This document shows positions 1 to 9,905 of a DNA stretch of 64,000 nt, piece by piece. Under the pieces are notes generated by a model that ran no database searches, had not been told where the DNA came from, and was given only the letters and a program-made list of their open reading frames with translations. Both the position numbers and the translations under genes were made by a program. Positions within the stretch are counted from its first letter, which is position 1. Each line of letters opens with the position of its first letter. The DNA is from an uncultured Candidatus Rokubacteria bacterium (GTDB lineage: Bacteria > Methylomirabilota > Methylomirabilia > Rokubacteriales > CSP1-6). The stretch is from contig CAWBMV010000017.1 in assembly GCA_963789955.1 (NCBI GenBank), positions 64,001 to 128,000 on the forward strand, written 5' to 3'.

Positions 1-245
1 TCGACCGCCTGCGGGACGGCGAAGAGTGCGTCTGCAACCTGACCGGGCCGCTGGGAATGCGGCAGTCGCTCCTTTCGTTTCACCTGCGCGCGCTGAAGGA
101 TGCCGGGATCATCAGCGATCGAAAGGAAGGTCGCTGGGTGTACTACGCCTTGAACCTGGATGTGCTCGACGAGATGCTCGCAACCCTCGAAGCGCTCAAG
201 AAGCCGCGCAAGGGCCTGCGCCTCATCGCGCCGCGCTGCGAGTGA
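1..245 (+). CDS. arsR: ArsR/SmtB family metalloregulator, 5'-truncated by the window edge
   Basis: Frame from nt 3 reads DRLRDGEECVCNL...SLLSFHLRALKDAG...RKEGRWVYY, containing the ECVC arsenite-box motif and the winged HTH; heads an ars operon. Confidence 0.9.
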   Translation, partial: DRLRDGEECVCNLTGPLGMRQSLLSFHLRALKDAGIISDRKEGRWVYYALNLDVLDEMLATLEALKKPRKGLRLIAPRCE

Positions 246-265
246 CCCTTTTTTTGGCCGAAGCC

Positions 266-281
266 ATCAAGATTTCTTGAT
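266..281. promoter_or_regulatory. 7-2-7 inverted repeat ATCAAGA-TT-TCTTGAT, candidate ArsR operator
   Basis: AT-rich palindrome between the arsR stop and the arsM RBS (GAGGAG). Confidence 0.6.
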
Positions 282-296
282 CAGAGGAGCCGTGGG

Positions 297-1121
297 ATGA
301 GCGACGAGGGCATCAAGGATCGCGTGAAGGAGAAGTACGGACAGGCCGCGTTGCGGGTGATCGCGAGCGGGGCGACGTCGTGCTGCGGGAGCGCGTCGTC
401 CGGGAGCGGCTGCGACCCGGTCACGTCGAATCTGTACGGACAGGATCAGACCGCTGAGCTGCCTGAACAGGCCGTCGCCGCCTCGCTCGGCTGCGGCAAT
501 CCGACGGCGCTCGCCGAGCTGACGCCGGGTGAGACGGTCCTGGATCTCGGCTCCGGCGGCGGCATCGACGTGCTGCTGTCGGCCAGGCGCGTCGGACCGG
601 CCGGCAAGGCGTACGGCCTGGACATGACGGACGAGATGCTCGCGCTGGCGCGGGAGAATCAGCGCAAGGCGGGTGTCGACAACGTCGAGTTCCTGAAGGG
701 CGAGATCGAGGCGATCCCCCTCCCCGCCGACTCCGTGAACGTGATCATCTCGAACTGCGTGATCAACCTGTCGGCGGACAAGGATCGCGTGTTCGCCGAG
801 GCATTTCGCGTGCTCAAGCCCGGCGGGCGGCTCGCCGTATCGGACGTCGTCGTGCGCGGCGAGGTGCCGACCGCCATCCGGCGCAGTGTCGAGCTGTGGA
901 TCGGCTGTATCGCCGGAGCCCTCGAGGAAGGCGACTATCGAGCGCGGCTCGCGAAGGCCGGGTTCGACGGCATCGAGGTCGAGCCGACCCGGATCTACCG
1001 GACCGAAGACGCGCGCGAGTTCCTGGATCGCGAGGGAATCGACGCCGACACGATCGCGCCGTCCGTGGACGGCAAGTTCATGAGCGCGTTCATCCGGGCG
1101 CGCAAGCCGTCGGTGGTGTGA
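297..1121 (+). CDS. arsM: Arsenite S-adenosylmethionine methyltransferase
   Basis: SCCG N-terminus, [18 protein letters not shown] motif, [15 protein letters not shown]. Confidence 0.95.
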   Translation: MSDEGIKDRVKEKYGQAALRVIASGATSCCGSASSGSGCDPVTSNLYGQDQTAELPEQAVAASLGCGNPTALAELTPGETVLDLGSGGGIDVLLSARRVGPAGKAYGLDMTDEMLALARENQRKAGVDNVEFLKGEIEAIPLPADSVNVIISNCVINLSADKDRVFAEAFRVLKPGGRLAVSDVVVRGEVPTAIRRSVELWIGCIAGALEEGDYRARLAKAGFDGIEVEPTRIYRTEDAREFLDREGIDADTIAPSVDGKFMSAFIRARKPSVV

Positions 1122-1789
1122 GCGACCGAAGCAGTCTCGGTCGGCGCCTCGCCGCGGAGGCCGTCGGTACCGCGCTCCTGCTGGCCGCCGTTGTCGGATC
1201 CGGCATCATGGGCGAGCGCCTCGCCGGCGGCAACGTCGCCGTGGCGCTCCTCGCGAACACCGTGGCGACCGGCGCGGCGCTCGTCGCGCTCATCCTGACC
1301 TTTGGATCGATCTCGGGCGCGCACTTCAACCCGGCCGTCACCTTGGCCGACGCGTCGCGAGGTGGGCTCGCCTGGGGCGACGTGGTGCCGTACGTCGTCG
1401 CGCAGATCACCGGCGCGTTCGCTGGTGTCGCGGCGGCCCATGTGATGTTCGAGGCGCCGCTGTTCTTCGCCTCGCGTCACGCGCGCTCCGGGCCGGCGCA
1501 GATGTTCAGCGAGTTCGTGGCCACCTTCGGGCTCCTCGCCGTGATCTGGGGCTGTCTGCGCGTGCGCGCCGATGCCATCCCGTTCGCGGTGGCCGCCTAT
1601 ATCACGGCGGCGTACTGGTTCACGGCGTCCACGTCGTTCGCGAACCCGGCAGTAACGCTCGCGCGGTCGGCCACGGACACGTTCGCGGGCATCCGCCCGG
1701 CGGACGCGCCGGCCTTCATCGTCGCCCAGCTGCTCGGGGCCGGCGCCGCGACCGCGCTCTTCGCCTGGCTGACTCCTCGAGCGACCTGA
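1118..1789 (+). CDS. MIP/aquaporin family arsenic channel (AqpS-like)
   Basis: Two NPA boxes (AHFNPAVT, SFANPAVT) and hydrophobic helices; GTG start overlaps the arsM stop (GTGA). Confidence 0.9.
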   Translation: MSDRSSLGRRLAAEAVGTALLLAAVVGSGIMGERLAGGNVAVALLANTVATGAALVALILTFGSISGAHFNPAVTLADASRGGLAWGDVVPYVVAQITGAFAGVAAAHVMFEAPLFFASRHARSGPAQMFSEFVATFGLLAVIWGCLRVRADAIPFAVAAYITAAYWFTASTSFANPAVTLARSATDTFAGIRPADAPAFIVAQLLGAGAATALFAWLTPRAT

Positions 1790-2283
1790 TGGCCCTGTCG
1801 GTCCGTCTCGCCGGCGCCGCGGACGCCCCGGCCATCGCGCGCATCCACAACGAGGGTATCGAGGATCGGATCGCCACGTTCGAGACCGAGCCGCGGACCG
1901 CCGATCAGGTGGCGAAAGCCATGGCGGAGAAGGGCGATCGCTATCCGACGATCGTGGTCGTGCGCGACGGCGAGGTCGTGGCCTGGGCGAGCGCGGGCCC
2001 CTACCGCAGCCGGCCCGCCTATGCCGGTGTCGCCGAGCATTCGGTCTATGTCGCGCGAAACGCTCGCGGCGCCGGGGTCGGCCGCGCGGCGCTCGATGGA
2101 CTCTGCCGGGCCTACGCGGAGCGCGGCTTCTGGAAGATCGTCTCCCGGATCTTTCCCGAGAACGTGGCGAGCCTGGCGTTACACGAGCGCTGCGGCTTCC
2201 GTGAGGTCGGCGTCTACAAACGGCACGGCCAACTCGACGGCGAGTGGCGCGATTGCGTCATCGTCGAGCGCCTGCTCGGCTGA
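1789..2283 (+). CDS. arsN: GNAT N-acetyltransferase, ArsN1/phosphinothricin acetyltransferase-like
   Basis: ATFET, EHSVYV, RGAGVG acetyl-CoA loop, N..SLALH..CGF, GQLDGEWRD; located in the ars operon. Confidence 0.8.
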   Translation: MALSVRLAGAADAPAIARIHNEGIEDRIATFETEPRTADQVAKAMAEKGDRYPTIVVVRDGEVVAWASAGPYRSRPAYAGVAEHSVYVARNARGAGVGRAALDGLCRAYAERGFWKIVSRIFPENVASLALHERCGFREVGVYKRHGQLDGEWRDCVIVERLLG

Positions 2284-2308
2284 ACCCGTGAACGGCGTGG
2301 AGGACGGC

Positions 2309-2725
2309 ATGAGCAAGCAGCGGGTCCTGTTCCTGTGCACCCACAATTCGGCGCGTAGCCAGATGGCGGAGGGCCTCCTCCGGGCGATGGCCGGCGAGCG
2401 CTTCGAGGTGCAGAGCGCGGGCACCGAGCAGACCCGCGTGCATCCGCTGGCGATCCGCGCGATGGCGGAGCGCGGCATCGACATCAGCGGCCACACGTCG
2501 AAGGTGTACGTCGGCCTGCTGGCGGAGCCGTGGGACTACGTGATCACCGTCTGTGACGACGCGAACGAGCGCTGCCCGTTCCTGCCGGGCGCGGTGAAGC
2601 GCCTGCACTGGTCGCTCGAGGACCCGTCGCGCGCGTCCGGCGACGAGGAGGCGCGGCTCGCGGCCTTCCGGCGTATTCGCGGCGAGATCGAAGCCCGTCT
2701 CTCCGAGTGGCTGGCGAGCCGTTAG
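2309..2725 (+). CDS. arsC: Thioredoxin-dependent arsenate reductase (LMW-PTP fold)
   Basis: CTHNSARSQMAEG P-loop, TVCD...CP, HW..EDP; GGAGG RBS. Confidence 0.93.
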   Translation: MSKQRVLFLCTHNSARSQMAEGLLRAMAGERFEVQSAGTEQTRVHPLAIRAMAERGIDISGHTSKVYVGLLAEPWDYVITVCDDANERCPFLPGAVKRLHWSLEDPSRASGDEEARLAAFRRIRGEIEARLSEWLASR

Positions 2726-2758
2726 GCGCGCGGGGTCACGAGGCGCTTTCGAACGCAG

Positions 2759-2816
2759 CTCGGGGGGAGCGGCGACGCTCCCCCCGAGGGTGAACCGGAG
2801 CGAGGGTGAACCGGAG
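2759..2816. repeat. 13-bp perfect hairpin with GCGA loop followed by two 16-bp tandem repeats, between convergent genes (terminator- or REP-like)
   Basis: CTCGGGGGGAGCG-GCGA-CGCTCCCCCCGAG at 2759-2788; CGAGGGTGAACCGGAG at 2785-2800 and 2801-2816. Confidence 0.8.
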
Positions 2817-4322
2817 CTAGTCGATCTCGTCGGGCCGGCCGCCCTTGCGCGCGCCCGCGGGCTTCTTGCCGGCGTCGGCGCCGTGCCCGTTGCCGTTGCC
2901 GAAGGTGAGCGGCGGCTTGACCTCGAACTGCTTTTCGAGGCGGTTGCGCCGCTCCTTCCAGCCCTCCTGATACTCGAGCTCCTCCTCGTGCAGGGTCGCC
3001 GGCTGCTTGATCCCGTGCGCGTGGCGGAACTGGATCGCCAGCTTGGACGCCTCGCGGCGCACTTCGTCCCACGGCGTGCCGAGCGCGAACTGATCGGAGA
3101 TGGCGCCGATGCGGCCCGTGTGGATGTTGCAGGAGAGCGTGATCGCCGACAGGATCGGCCCCGACCAGTAGGAGGTCTGCGAGTTGATCGGCATCGGCAG
3201 GATGTGCAGGTTGTGGCTGCCGCGGCAGTCACCGGCCACCATCGGCGCGGTGGCCCAGGGTGACGTGATCTCACCCGGCGCCGGCCAGTCGCCCTGGGCG
3301 AAGGCCAGGAGCACCGGATCGTCCTTGCCGCCGTAGGTGAAGCCCTTCTTGGTCTTGATGTTGTGCAGCCGCTCGGCCGAGCAGATGTAGCCGAGCTGGT
3401 CCTTCTCGTTCTTGTCGCCTCGCGTCCAGATGCGCGCGATCACGAAGCGCGAGGAGCGGGTCAGCCCCTCGATGTCGTAGAGGTCTTCGGGGGCCCGCAG
3501 GGTGATCACCTTTTCCTGGAGTCCCTTGGCGACCTCTTCCATCTTGTTGTCGAGCGCCCGCTGGTCACGCGGGTGGGCGCCCGCCTCGACCGCCTGCGCC
3601 TTCGTGTCGAGGTCGACGATCTCGAAGACGTAGCCGCGCTTCATCTTGGAGGCGGCGATGACGAGACCGGTGTTGAACCGCGGCAGCATGTAGGCGCCGG
3701 TGGCGTAGTGGTTGAACGCCATGGGCTCGGTCTTGTCGGCGAACGACACCAGCACGGTCTGCGAGGCGTTGTCCTTGCGGACCGGGAACGGCAGCGCCAC
3801 CGTCGCCGGGCCGGCGCCGCGCAGGTTGCCGGTGAACGCGTCGGCCACCAGGTCCTGGCCGGGGCCGTAGAGGCCGAGCTCGGCGGCCTTGGTGGCGCCT
3901 TCCTGCAGCGCGTCCCACATGAGCTCGTCGACGACCGACATGTCCACCGTCTCGGCCATGATCCCGGTCACGGCGCAGTCGTCGCCGGTGTGGGTCACGA
4001 TCATCGAGGTGAAGATGGGCTCGCCGCGGTAGCTGTTGTTGTCGAGGACGTACTTCGCGATGATCGACTTCACCTCGTCGGCCGCCACCACGTGGCCGCC
4101 GACCCCGCCGACGTCGGCCTTGGTGGCCTTGATGTAGCGCTGAACGAGAGCCGGGTTCTTCGCGAAGATGTACGACTTGTACGAGAAGATGTTCGGCGTG
4201 TTCGTGACCGGGATCTTCTCCGTGACGGTCACTGGCAGCCCGGCGAGCTCGTCCTTCGACTGATGGTATTCCGTCATCTTGATGGGCTGACCATCCTGTG
4301 GGCCATAACGCCGCGCAGACAT
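2817..4322 (-). CDS. Divergent fructose-1,6-bisphosphate aldolase/phosphatase (FBPase class V family)
   Basis: KADVGG.GGH, THTGDD, LGLYGPGQDL..DAF.GN.RG.GP, ADKTEP, YGGKDDP, RGSHN; GGAGG RBS. Confidence 0.88.
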   Translation of the reverse strand: MSARRYGPQDGQPIKMTEYHQSKDELAGLPVTVTEKIPVTNTPNIFSYKSYIFAKNPALVQRYIKATKADVGGVGGHVVAADEVKSIIAKYVLDNNSYRGEPIFTSMIVTHTGDDCAVTGIMAETVDMSVVDELMWDALQEGATKAAELGLYGPGQDLVADAFTGNLRGAGPATVALPFPVRKDNASQTVLVSFADKTEPMAFNHYATGAYMLPRFNTGLVIAASKMKRGYVFEIVDLDTKAQAVEAGAHPRDQRALDNKMEEVAKGLQEKVITLRAPEDLYDIEGLTRSSRFVIARIWTRGDKNEKDQLGYICSAERLHNIKTKKGFTYGGKDDPVLLAFAQGDWPAPGEITSPWATAPMVAGDCRGSHNLHILPMPINSQTSYWSGPILSAITLSCNIHTGRIGAISDQFALGTPWDEVRREASKLAIQFRHAHGIKQPATLHEEELEYQEGWKERRNRLEKQFEVKPPLTFGNGNGHGADAGKKPAGARKGGRPDEID

Positions 4323-4366
4323 GCACGCCTCCTTGCGTCGGGTGAGGAATTGGATACTCGCATTCG

Positions 4367-4395
4367 AGGATATCGGGGTACACTGAGGGCGTCAA
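4367..4395 (-). promoter_or_regulatory. Sigma-70 promoter for the FBP aldolase/phosphatase gene
   Basis: TTGACG-17 nt-TATCCT on the minus strand. Confidence 0.65.
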
Positions 4396-4444
4396 GCAAG
4401 AAATTTACGGAAATGAAATTAATTTCTCACGGCCTGATCACGAC

Positions 4445-5431
4445 GTGAAAACCGCTCCCCTCACCTCGCGCGAGCTCCGGCAGACGGTGCACTGTCTCGA
4501 GCTGTACTACCGCCAGAGCAAGAGCCAGAAGGACATCGCCAGCTCGCTGGGCGTCTCGGCGGCGACCGTGTCGCGCCTGCTCAAGCGCGCGTTCGACGAG
4601 GGACTCGTCCGCGTCGAGCTCGATCTGCCGCGCCGCGAGCAGCTCGAGGCCGGGCTGGTCGAGCGCTTCGGCCTGCGCGACGCCGTCGTCGTCGCCGCCG
4701 GCGGCCGCGGCGACGTGAAGGAAGAGCTCGGCACCGCCGCGGCGGCGTATTTCGAGAAGATCGCCGCCAACGGCCTGCGCGTCGGGCTCTCGTGCGGGTT
4801 CACGCTCTACCAGACGATCCGCCAGCTCCACGAGCGCCGCTTTCGGGATCTGGCCCTCTACCCGCTGTCCGGCGAGAGCACGCTCGAGCTCGTGGACTTG
4901 TTCCCGAATACGCTCGTCGGGATGATGGCCGCGAAGTATCGCCCGCACGTTCACGCGTGGGCGCTGCCGGTGCAGCACCTCCTGTCGCTGCGCGAGATCG
5001 AGCGCGAGCGGCGGCGGCTCCTGCGCGACCCGGCGATCCGGCGGATCTACGAGGCGGCCCAGGACGTCGACATCGCGCTGGTCGGCATCGGGCTCATCGG
5101 CGAGAGCACGCCGGGGTTCTGCTCGCTGGCCGAGTCGTACGGGGTCAGCGTCAAGCGATTGCGCCAGCTCGGCGTCGTCGGCGAGATCAACTACCAGCCG
5201 TTCGACGAGGAAGGACGCATCGTGGATCGGCCGGAGCTGCGGGCGCTGATGCGGCGGGTACTCTCGGTGCCCGGCGACCGGTTGCAGGCCCTGTCGCGCC
5301 GCGACGATCGTTACGTCGTGGCGATCGCCGGCGGCCGGCCCAAGCTCGAGGCGGTACGCGGCGCCGTCGCGGGGCGCTTCATGAACGTGCTGGTCACCGA
5401 CGAGGACGTCGCCGCGGCGCTCCTGCGGTGA
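4445..5431 (+). CDS. SorC/DeoR (CggR-like) sugar-phosphate-binding transcriptional regulator
   Basis: N-terminal HTH LYY...SQKDIA..LGVS..TVSRLL; C-terminal DIALVGIG, GEI, AGG..K..A..GA, LVTDE. Confidence 0.92.
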   Translation: MKTAPLTSRELRQTVHCLELYYRQSKSQKDIASSLGVSAATVSRLLKRAFDEGLVRVELDLPRREQLEAGLVERFGLRDAVVVAAGGRGDVKEELGTAAAAYFEKIAANGLRVGLSCGFTLYQTIRQLHERRFRDLALYPLSGESTLELVDLFPNTLVGMMAAKYRPHVHAWALPVQHLLSLREIERERRRLLRDPAIRRIYEAAQDVDIALVGIGLIGESTPGFCSLAESYGVSVKRLRQLGVVGEINYQPFDEEGRIVDRPELRALMRRVLSVPGDRLQALSRRDDRYVVAIAGGRPKLEAVRGAVAGRFMNVLVTDEDVAAALLR

Positions 5432-5447
5432 TCGGGCTGACGACCCG

Positions 5448-6422
5448 CTACGCGCCGCCCCGGGCCGGGATCGAGCCCTCCTCGAACGCGCCGATCCGCC
5501 TGAACTTCTCGTAGCGCCCGGCGACCAGATCGTCGCCGGATTGTCCGGCGAGGTCGCGCAAGTTCTCGCGAAGCGCCGTCTTCAGGTACCCCGCCGCGCC
5601 CTCCCAGTCGCGATGCGCGCCGCCGACCGGCTCGGGCACGATCGCGTCGATCACCCCGAGCTTCAGGAGGTCGGGCGCGGTGATGCGCATCGACTCGGCC
5701 GCTTCGGGAGCCTTCGCCGCGTCGCCCCACAGGATCGCCGCGCACCCTTCGGGCGAGATCACCGAGTAGATCGAGTATTCCAGCATGAGCACCCGGTTGC
5801 CCATGCCGATCGCCAGCGCGCCGCCGCTGCCGCCCTCGCCGGTCACGATCGAGAGGATCGGTGTGCGCAGGGCGGCCATCTCACGCAGGTTGCGCGCGAT
5901 CGCCTCCGCCTGCCCGCGCTCCTCGGCGCCGAGCCCCGGGTAGGCGCCGGGCGTGTCGATGAACGTGACGACGGGCTTGCCGAACTTCTGGGCGAGATGC
6001 ATGAGCCGCAGCGCCTTCCGATAGCCCTCGGGGTGCGGCATGCCGAAGTTCCGCGCGATCTTCTCGCGGGTATCCCGCCCCTTCTGGTGGCCGATGACCA
6101 CGAGGCTCCGCTCTTCGAACCGGGCCAGGCCGCCCACGATCGCGGCGTCGTCGCCGAAGAGCCGATCGCCGTGCAGCTCGACGAAGTCCTCGAAGAGGAG
6201 CTTGATCAGGTCCCGCGTGTGCGGGCGCTTCGGGTGGCGCGCGAGCTGCGTGCGCTGCCAGGCGGTCAGGCTCGCGTAGGTCCGCTGGCGCAGCCGCGCC
6301 AGCCGCTCCTCGAGCTTCGCGATCTCTTCGCGCGCCTTCGGCGCGTCGTCCTCGGCCTGGAGCGTGGCGATCCGGTTCTCGAGGTCGACCAGCGGCTGCT
6401 CGAAATCAAGCGCGTCCGGCAT
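5448..6422 (-). CDS. accA: Acetyl-CoA carboxylase carboxyltransferase alpha subunit
   Basis: [40 protein letters not shown]. Confidence 0.97.
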   Translation of the reverse strand: MPDALDFEQPLVDLENRIATLQAEDDAPKAREEIAKLEERLARLRQRTYASLTAWQRTQLARHPKRPHTRDLIKLLFEDFVELHGDRLFGDDAAIVGGLARFEERSLVVIGHQKGRDTREKIARNFGMPHPEGYRKALRLMHLAQKFGKPVVTFIDTPGAYPGLGAEERGQAEAIARNLREMAALRTPILSIVTGEGGSGGALAIGMGNRVLMLEYSIYSVISPEGCAAILWGDAAKAPEAAESMRITAPDLLKLGVIDAIVPEPVGGAHRDWEGAAGYLKTALRENLRDLAGQSGDDLVAGRYEKFRRIGAFEEGSIPARGGA

Positions 6423-9400
6423 AGTCCACGCTCACCGAGCCCGGCCCGAGCACCGTCTCGCCCTCGGCGACGAGCTCACGGCTGCCGTCGACGGAAAGAC
6501 CGCGGGTACGCACGACGATCTCCTGGCCGCCGATCACGAGGTGCAGGAAGACCGGCACGCGCCCGGGATGCTCGCCGCAGAGCTGCCGCACGGCCGCGAG
6601 CGCGACGCTCGGATCCTCGCCTGGCGTGAAGCGGATCCGGCAGGCGTTCGGCTCGGGCGCGCCGCCGCCGTTCCGCGGGCGATTCGCCGAGTCGGCCAGC
6701 GCCTGCTCGAGCAGCCGCACGTCCTCGGCGAGCACGACACGCCCCTTGTCGCCGTCGTCCACGCGGCCGCGGACCAGCACGGCCTCGCTCGAGCGGAGAC
6801 AGGCCGCCGCCGACTTGAACGGCTCCGGGAACACCGTGACCTCGACGGTGCCGTCCATGTCCTCGAGCGTGAAAAACGCCATCCGATTGCCGCCCTTCGT
6901 GGATGTTTCCTTGAGCCCGGTCGCGTGGCCGAAGAGCAGGACGCGCGAGCCGTGGCCCTTGGCGGCCAGATCGGCGGAGGTCGTGACGCCCAGCGGCTCG
7001 ACGACACCGCGGTAGCGGGCCAGCGGATGGCCCGAGATGTAGAAGCCGAGCACTTCTTTCTCGAACGCGAGCCGTTGATCGGTCTCCCACTCCGGCGTCA
7101 CCTCGGCCGGCGCGCTCGAGCGGGCGGGCGCGGACGCCGGGATCATCTCGAAGAACGACCCCTGACCCTCGGCGCGGTCGCGCTGCTGGCGCTGACCGCT
7201 CTCGAGCGCCACGTCGGTCGTCGCCAGGAGATGCGCGCGCGTGAGGCCGAGCGAGTCGAACGCCCCCGCCTTGATGAGGCTCTCCACCACGCGCCGGTTG
7301 ACCAGCCGGAGATCGACCCGCGCGCAGAAGTCCTCGAGCGTCTTGAAGGTCCCCTCGCTGCTCCGCGACTTCAAGATCGATTGCATCGCCGCCTCGCCGA
7401 CGTTCTTGATCGCGGCCAGGCCGAAGCGGACCGTGTCCCCCGCGACGCTGAACTGCACGGCCGACACGTTCACGTCGGGCGGCTCGCACCTGGATGCCCA
7501 TCGCCCGACACTCTTCGATGTACTTCACGATCTTGTCGGTGTCCCCCATTTCGGAGGTCAGCAGCGCGGCCATGAACTCGACCGGATAGTTGGCCTTGAA
7601 GTACGCGGTCTGATAGGCGACGAGCCCGTAGGCGGCGGCGTGCGATTTGTTGAAGCCGTAGCCCGCGAACTTCTCCATCAGCTCCCAGACGCGCTCGGCC
7701 TTCGCGGCGGTGGTGTTGCGCTCGCGGCAGCCGCCGATGAACTTCTCGCGCTGCTTGGCCATGAGCTCGCGGTCCTTCTTGCCCATGGCGCGGCGGAGGA
7801 TGTCGGCCTCGCCCATGGTGAAGCCCGCCATCTCGGAGGCGATCTGCATGATCTGCTCTTGGTAGACCATGATCCCGTAGGTCTCCCGCGTGAACTTCTC
7901 CATCGCGGGATGCTCGTACGTGATCTTGGACCGACCGTGCTTGCGCTGGATGAAGTCGGGGATGAGCTCCATCGGGCCGGGTCGGTAGAGCGAGACCATC
8001 GCGATCAGATCTTCGAGCTGCTCGGGCCGGAGACCGCGAAGCGCGTCGCGCATGCCCGACGACTCGAGCTGGAACACGCCGAACGTCTTCGCCTCGGAGA
8101 GCATCTCGTACGTCTTCTTGTCGTCGAGCGGGAGCCGCGTCGAGGTCGAGCTCGAGCCCGCGCGACTCCTTGATCAGGGCCACCGTGTTGGCGAGCACGG
8201 TGAGCGTGCGCAAGCCGAGGAAGTCCATCTTGAGAAGACCGAGCTTCTCGATCGGCCCCATCGCGAAGCCGGTGATCAGCTCCGGCCGCTTGGGATCCTT
8301 GTAGAGCGGGATGTACTCCTCGAGCGGCTCGTCGGAGATCACGACGGCCGAGGCGTGCACCGAGGCATGGCGCGTGCAGCCCTCGAGCGTGCGGGCGATC
8401 TCCCACATCTCCTTCACGTTCGGCCTGGCTCCGCACGGCCTCGGCCAGCGGCAGCGACTTCTGATAGGCGTCGTCGAGCGTGATGTTCAGGGGGAAGTTC
8501 GGCACCAGCTTGGCGATGCGATCCACGTCGCCGTACGCCATGCCGAGCACCCGGCCGACGTCGCGGATCGCCGCCTTCGCGCCGAGCGTCCCGAACGTGA
8601 TGATGTGAGCGACGCGGTCGCGGCCGTAGCGTTCGGCCACGTAGCGGATGACCTCGTCGCGGCGGTCGTCCGAGAAGTCGATGTCCATGTCGGGCATCGA
8701 GATCCGCTCGGGGTTCAGGAATCGCTCGAAGAGCAGCCCGTAACGTATCGGATCGACGTTGGTGATGCCCAGGCAGTACGCGGTCAGCGAGCCGGCGGAC
8801 GAGCCGCGTCCGGGGCCGACCGCGATCCCCTGCTCGCGCGCGTAGCGGATGAAGTCCCACACCACCAGGAAGTAGCCCGCGAAGCCCATCTTTTCGATGA
8901 CGGCGAGCTCGTGGGCGAGCCGCGCCTCGATGGCGTCGCCCGGACTCGCTCCGTACCGGCGCTTGAGCCCGGCGTGGGCCAGCTCGTGCAGATAGCTGTC
9001 GAGCGTGTGCTCGCTGGGCACGACGTAGCGCGGCAGGTGGAACTGGTTGAACTCGAGCGTGAGGTTGCAGCGCTCGGCGACCGCGAGCGTGTTCGAGCAG
9101 GCCTCGGGGATCTCGGCGAAGACGCGCGCCATCTCCTCGGCCGACTTGATGTAGAACTCCTGCGTCGAGAACCGGAAGCGGCCGGTGTCTTGAAGATTCG
9201 TCCCGGTCTGGATGCACAGGAGCGCCTCGTGGGCGCGCGAGTGGCCGTTCTCGAGATAGTGCGAGTCGTTCGTGCCGACGACCGGCGCGCCGATCGACTT
9301 CGCGATGCGCAGGGTCTCGGCCATGACCCGTTCCTGCTCCGCGATGCCGTGGGCCTGGACCTCCATGAAGTAGTGGTCCTTGCCGAAGACCTCCTGGTAC

Positions 9401-9894
9401 CACCCGGCCGTCTCGCGCGCTCGGACGGCGTCGCCGGCGCTGAGCATCCGCGACACCTCGGAGTTCAGACAACCCGAGAGCACGAGCAGCCCGTCGGCGT
9501 GCTGCGCGAGCAGCTCGCGATCGACGCGCGGCTTGTAGTAGAAGCCCTCGAGGAACGCCCGGGACACGAGCTTGATGAGGTTCTGGTATCCCGTGCGATT
9601 GCGGACCAGCACCGTCAGGTGGTTGGCGCCTTCGTAGCCGCCGTCCTGCGAGCCGCGCTCCTTGCGGCCGCCCGGCGCGACGTAGAGCTCGCAGCCGAGG
9701 ATCGGCTTGACCCCGGCCTTCTGCGCGGCGAGATAGAAGTCGATCGCGCCGAAGAGGTTGCCGTGATCGGTCAGGGCGATCGCGGGGAACTTGAGCTCCT
9801 TGGCCTTGTCGACCAGCTTCTCGAGCTGAGCGGCGCCGTCGAGCAGGCTGTACTCGGAGTGCACGTGCAGGTGGACGAATTCGCTGTGCTGCAT
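6406..9894 (-). CDS. dnaE: DNA polymerase III alpha subunit (3 apparent +1 frameshifts near 8425, 8135, 7487)
   Basis: [16 protein letters not shown] domain, [37 protein letters not shown] and OB fold, spread over four consecutive frames. Confidence 0.95.
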
Positions 9895-9905
9895 CGAGCT
9901 CCCGG

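Noticed and set aside
297..2283. Arsinothricin biosynthetic cluster
   Set aside because: No ArsL radical SAM gene in the visible operon.
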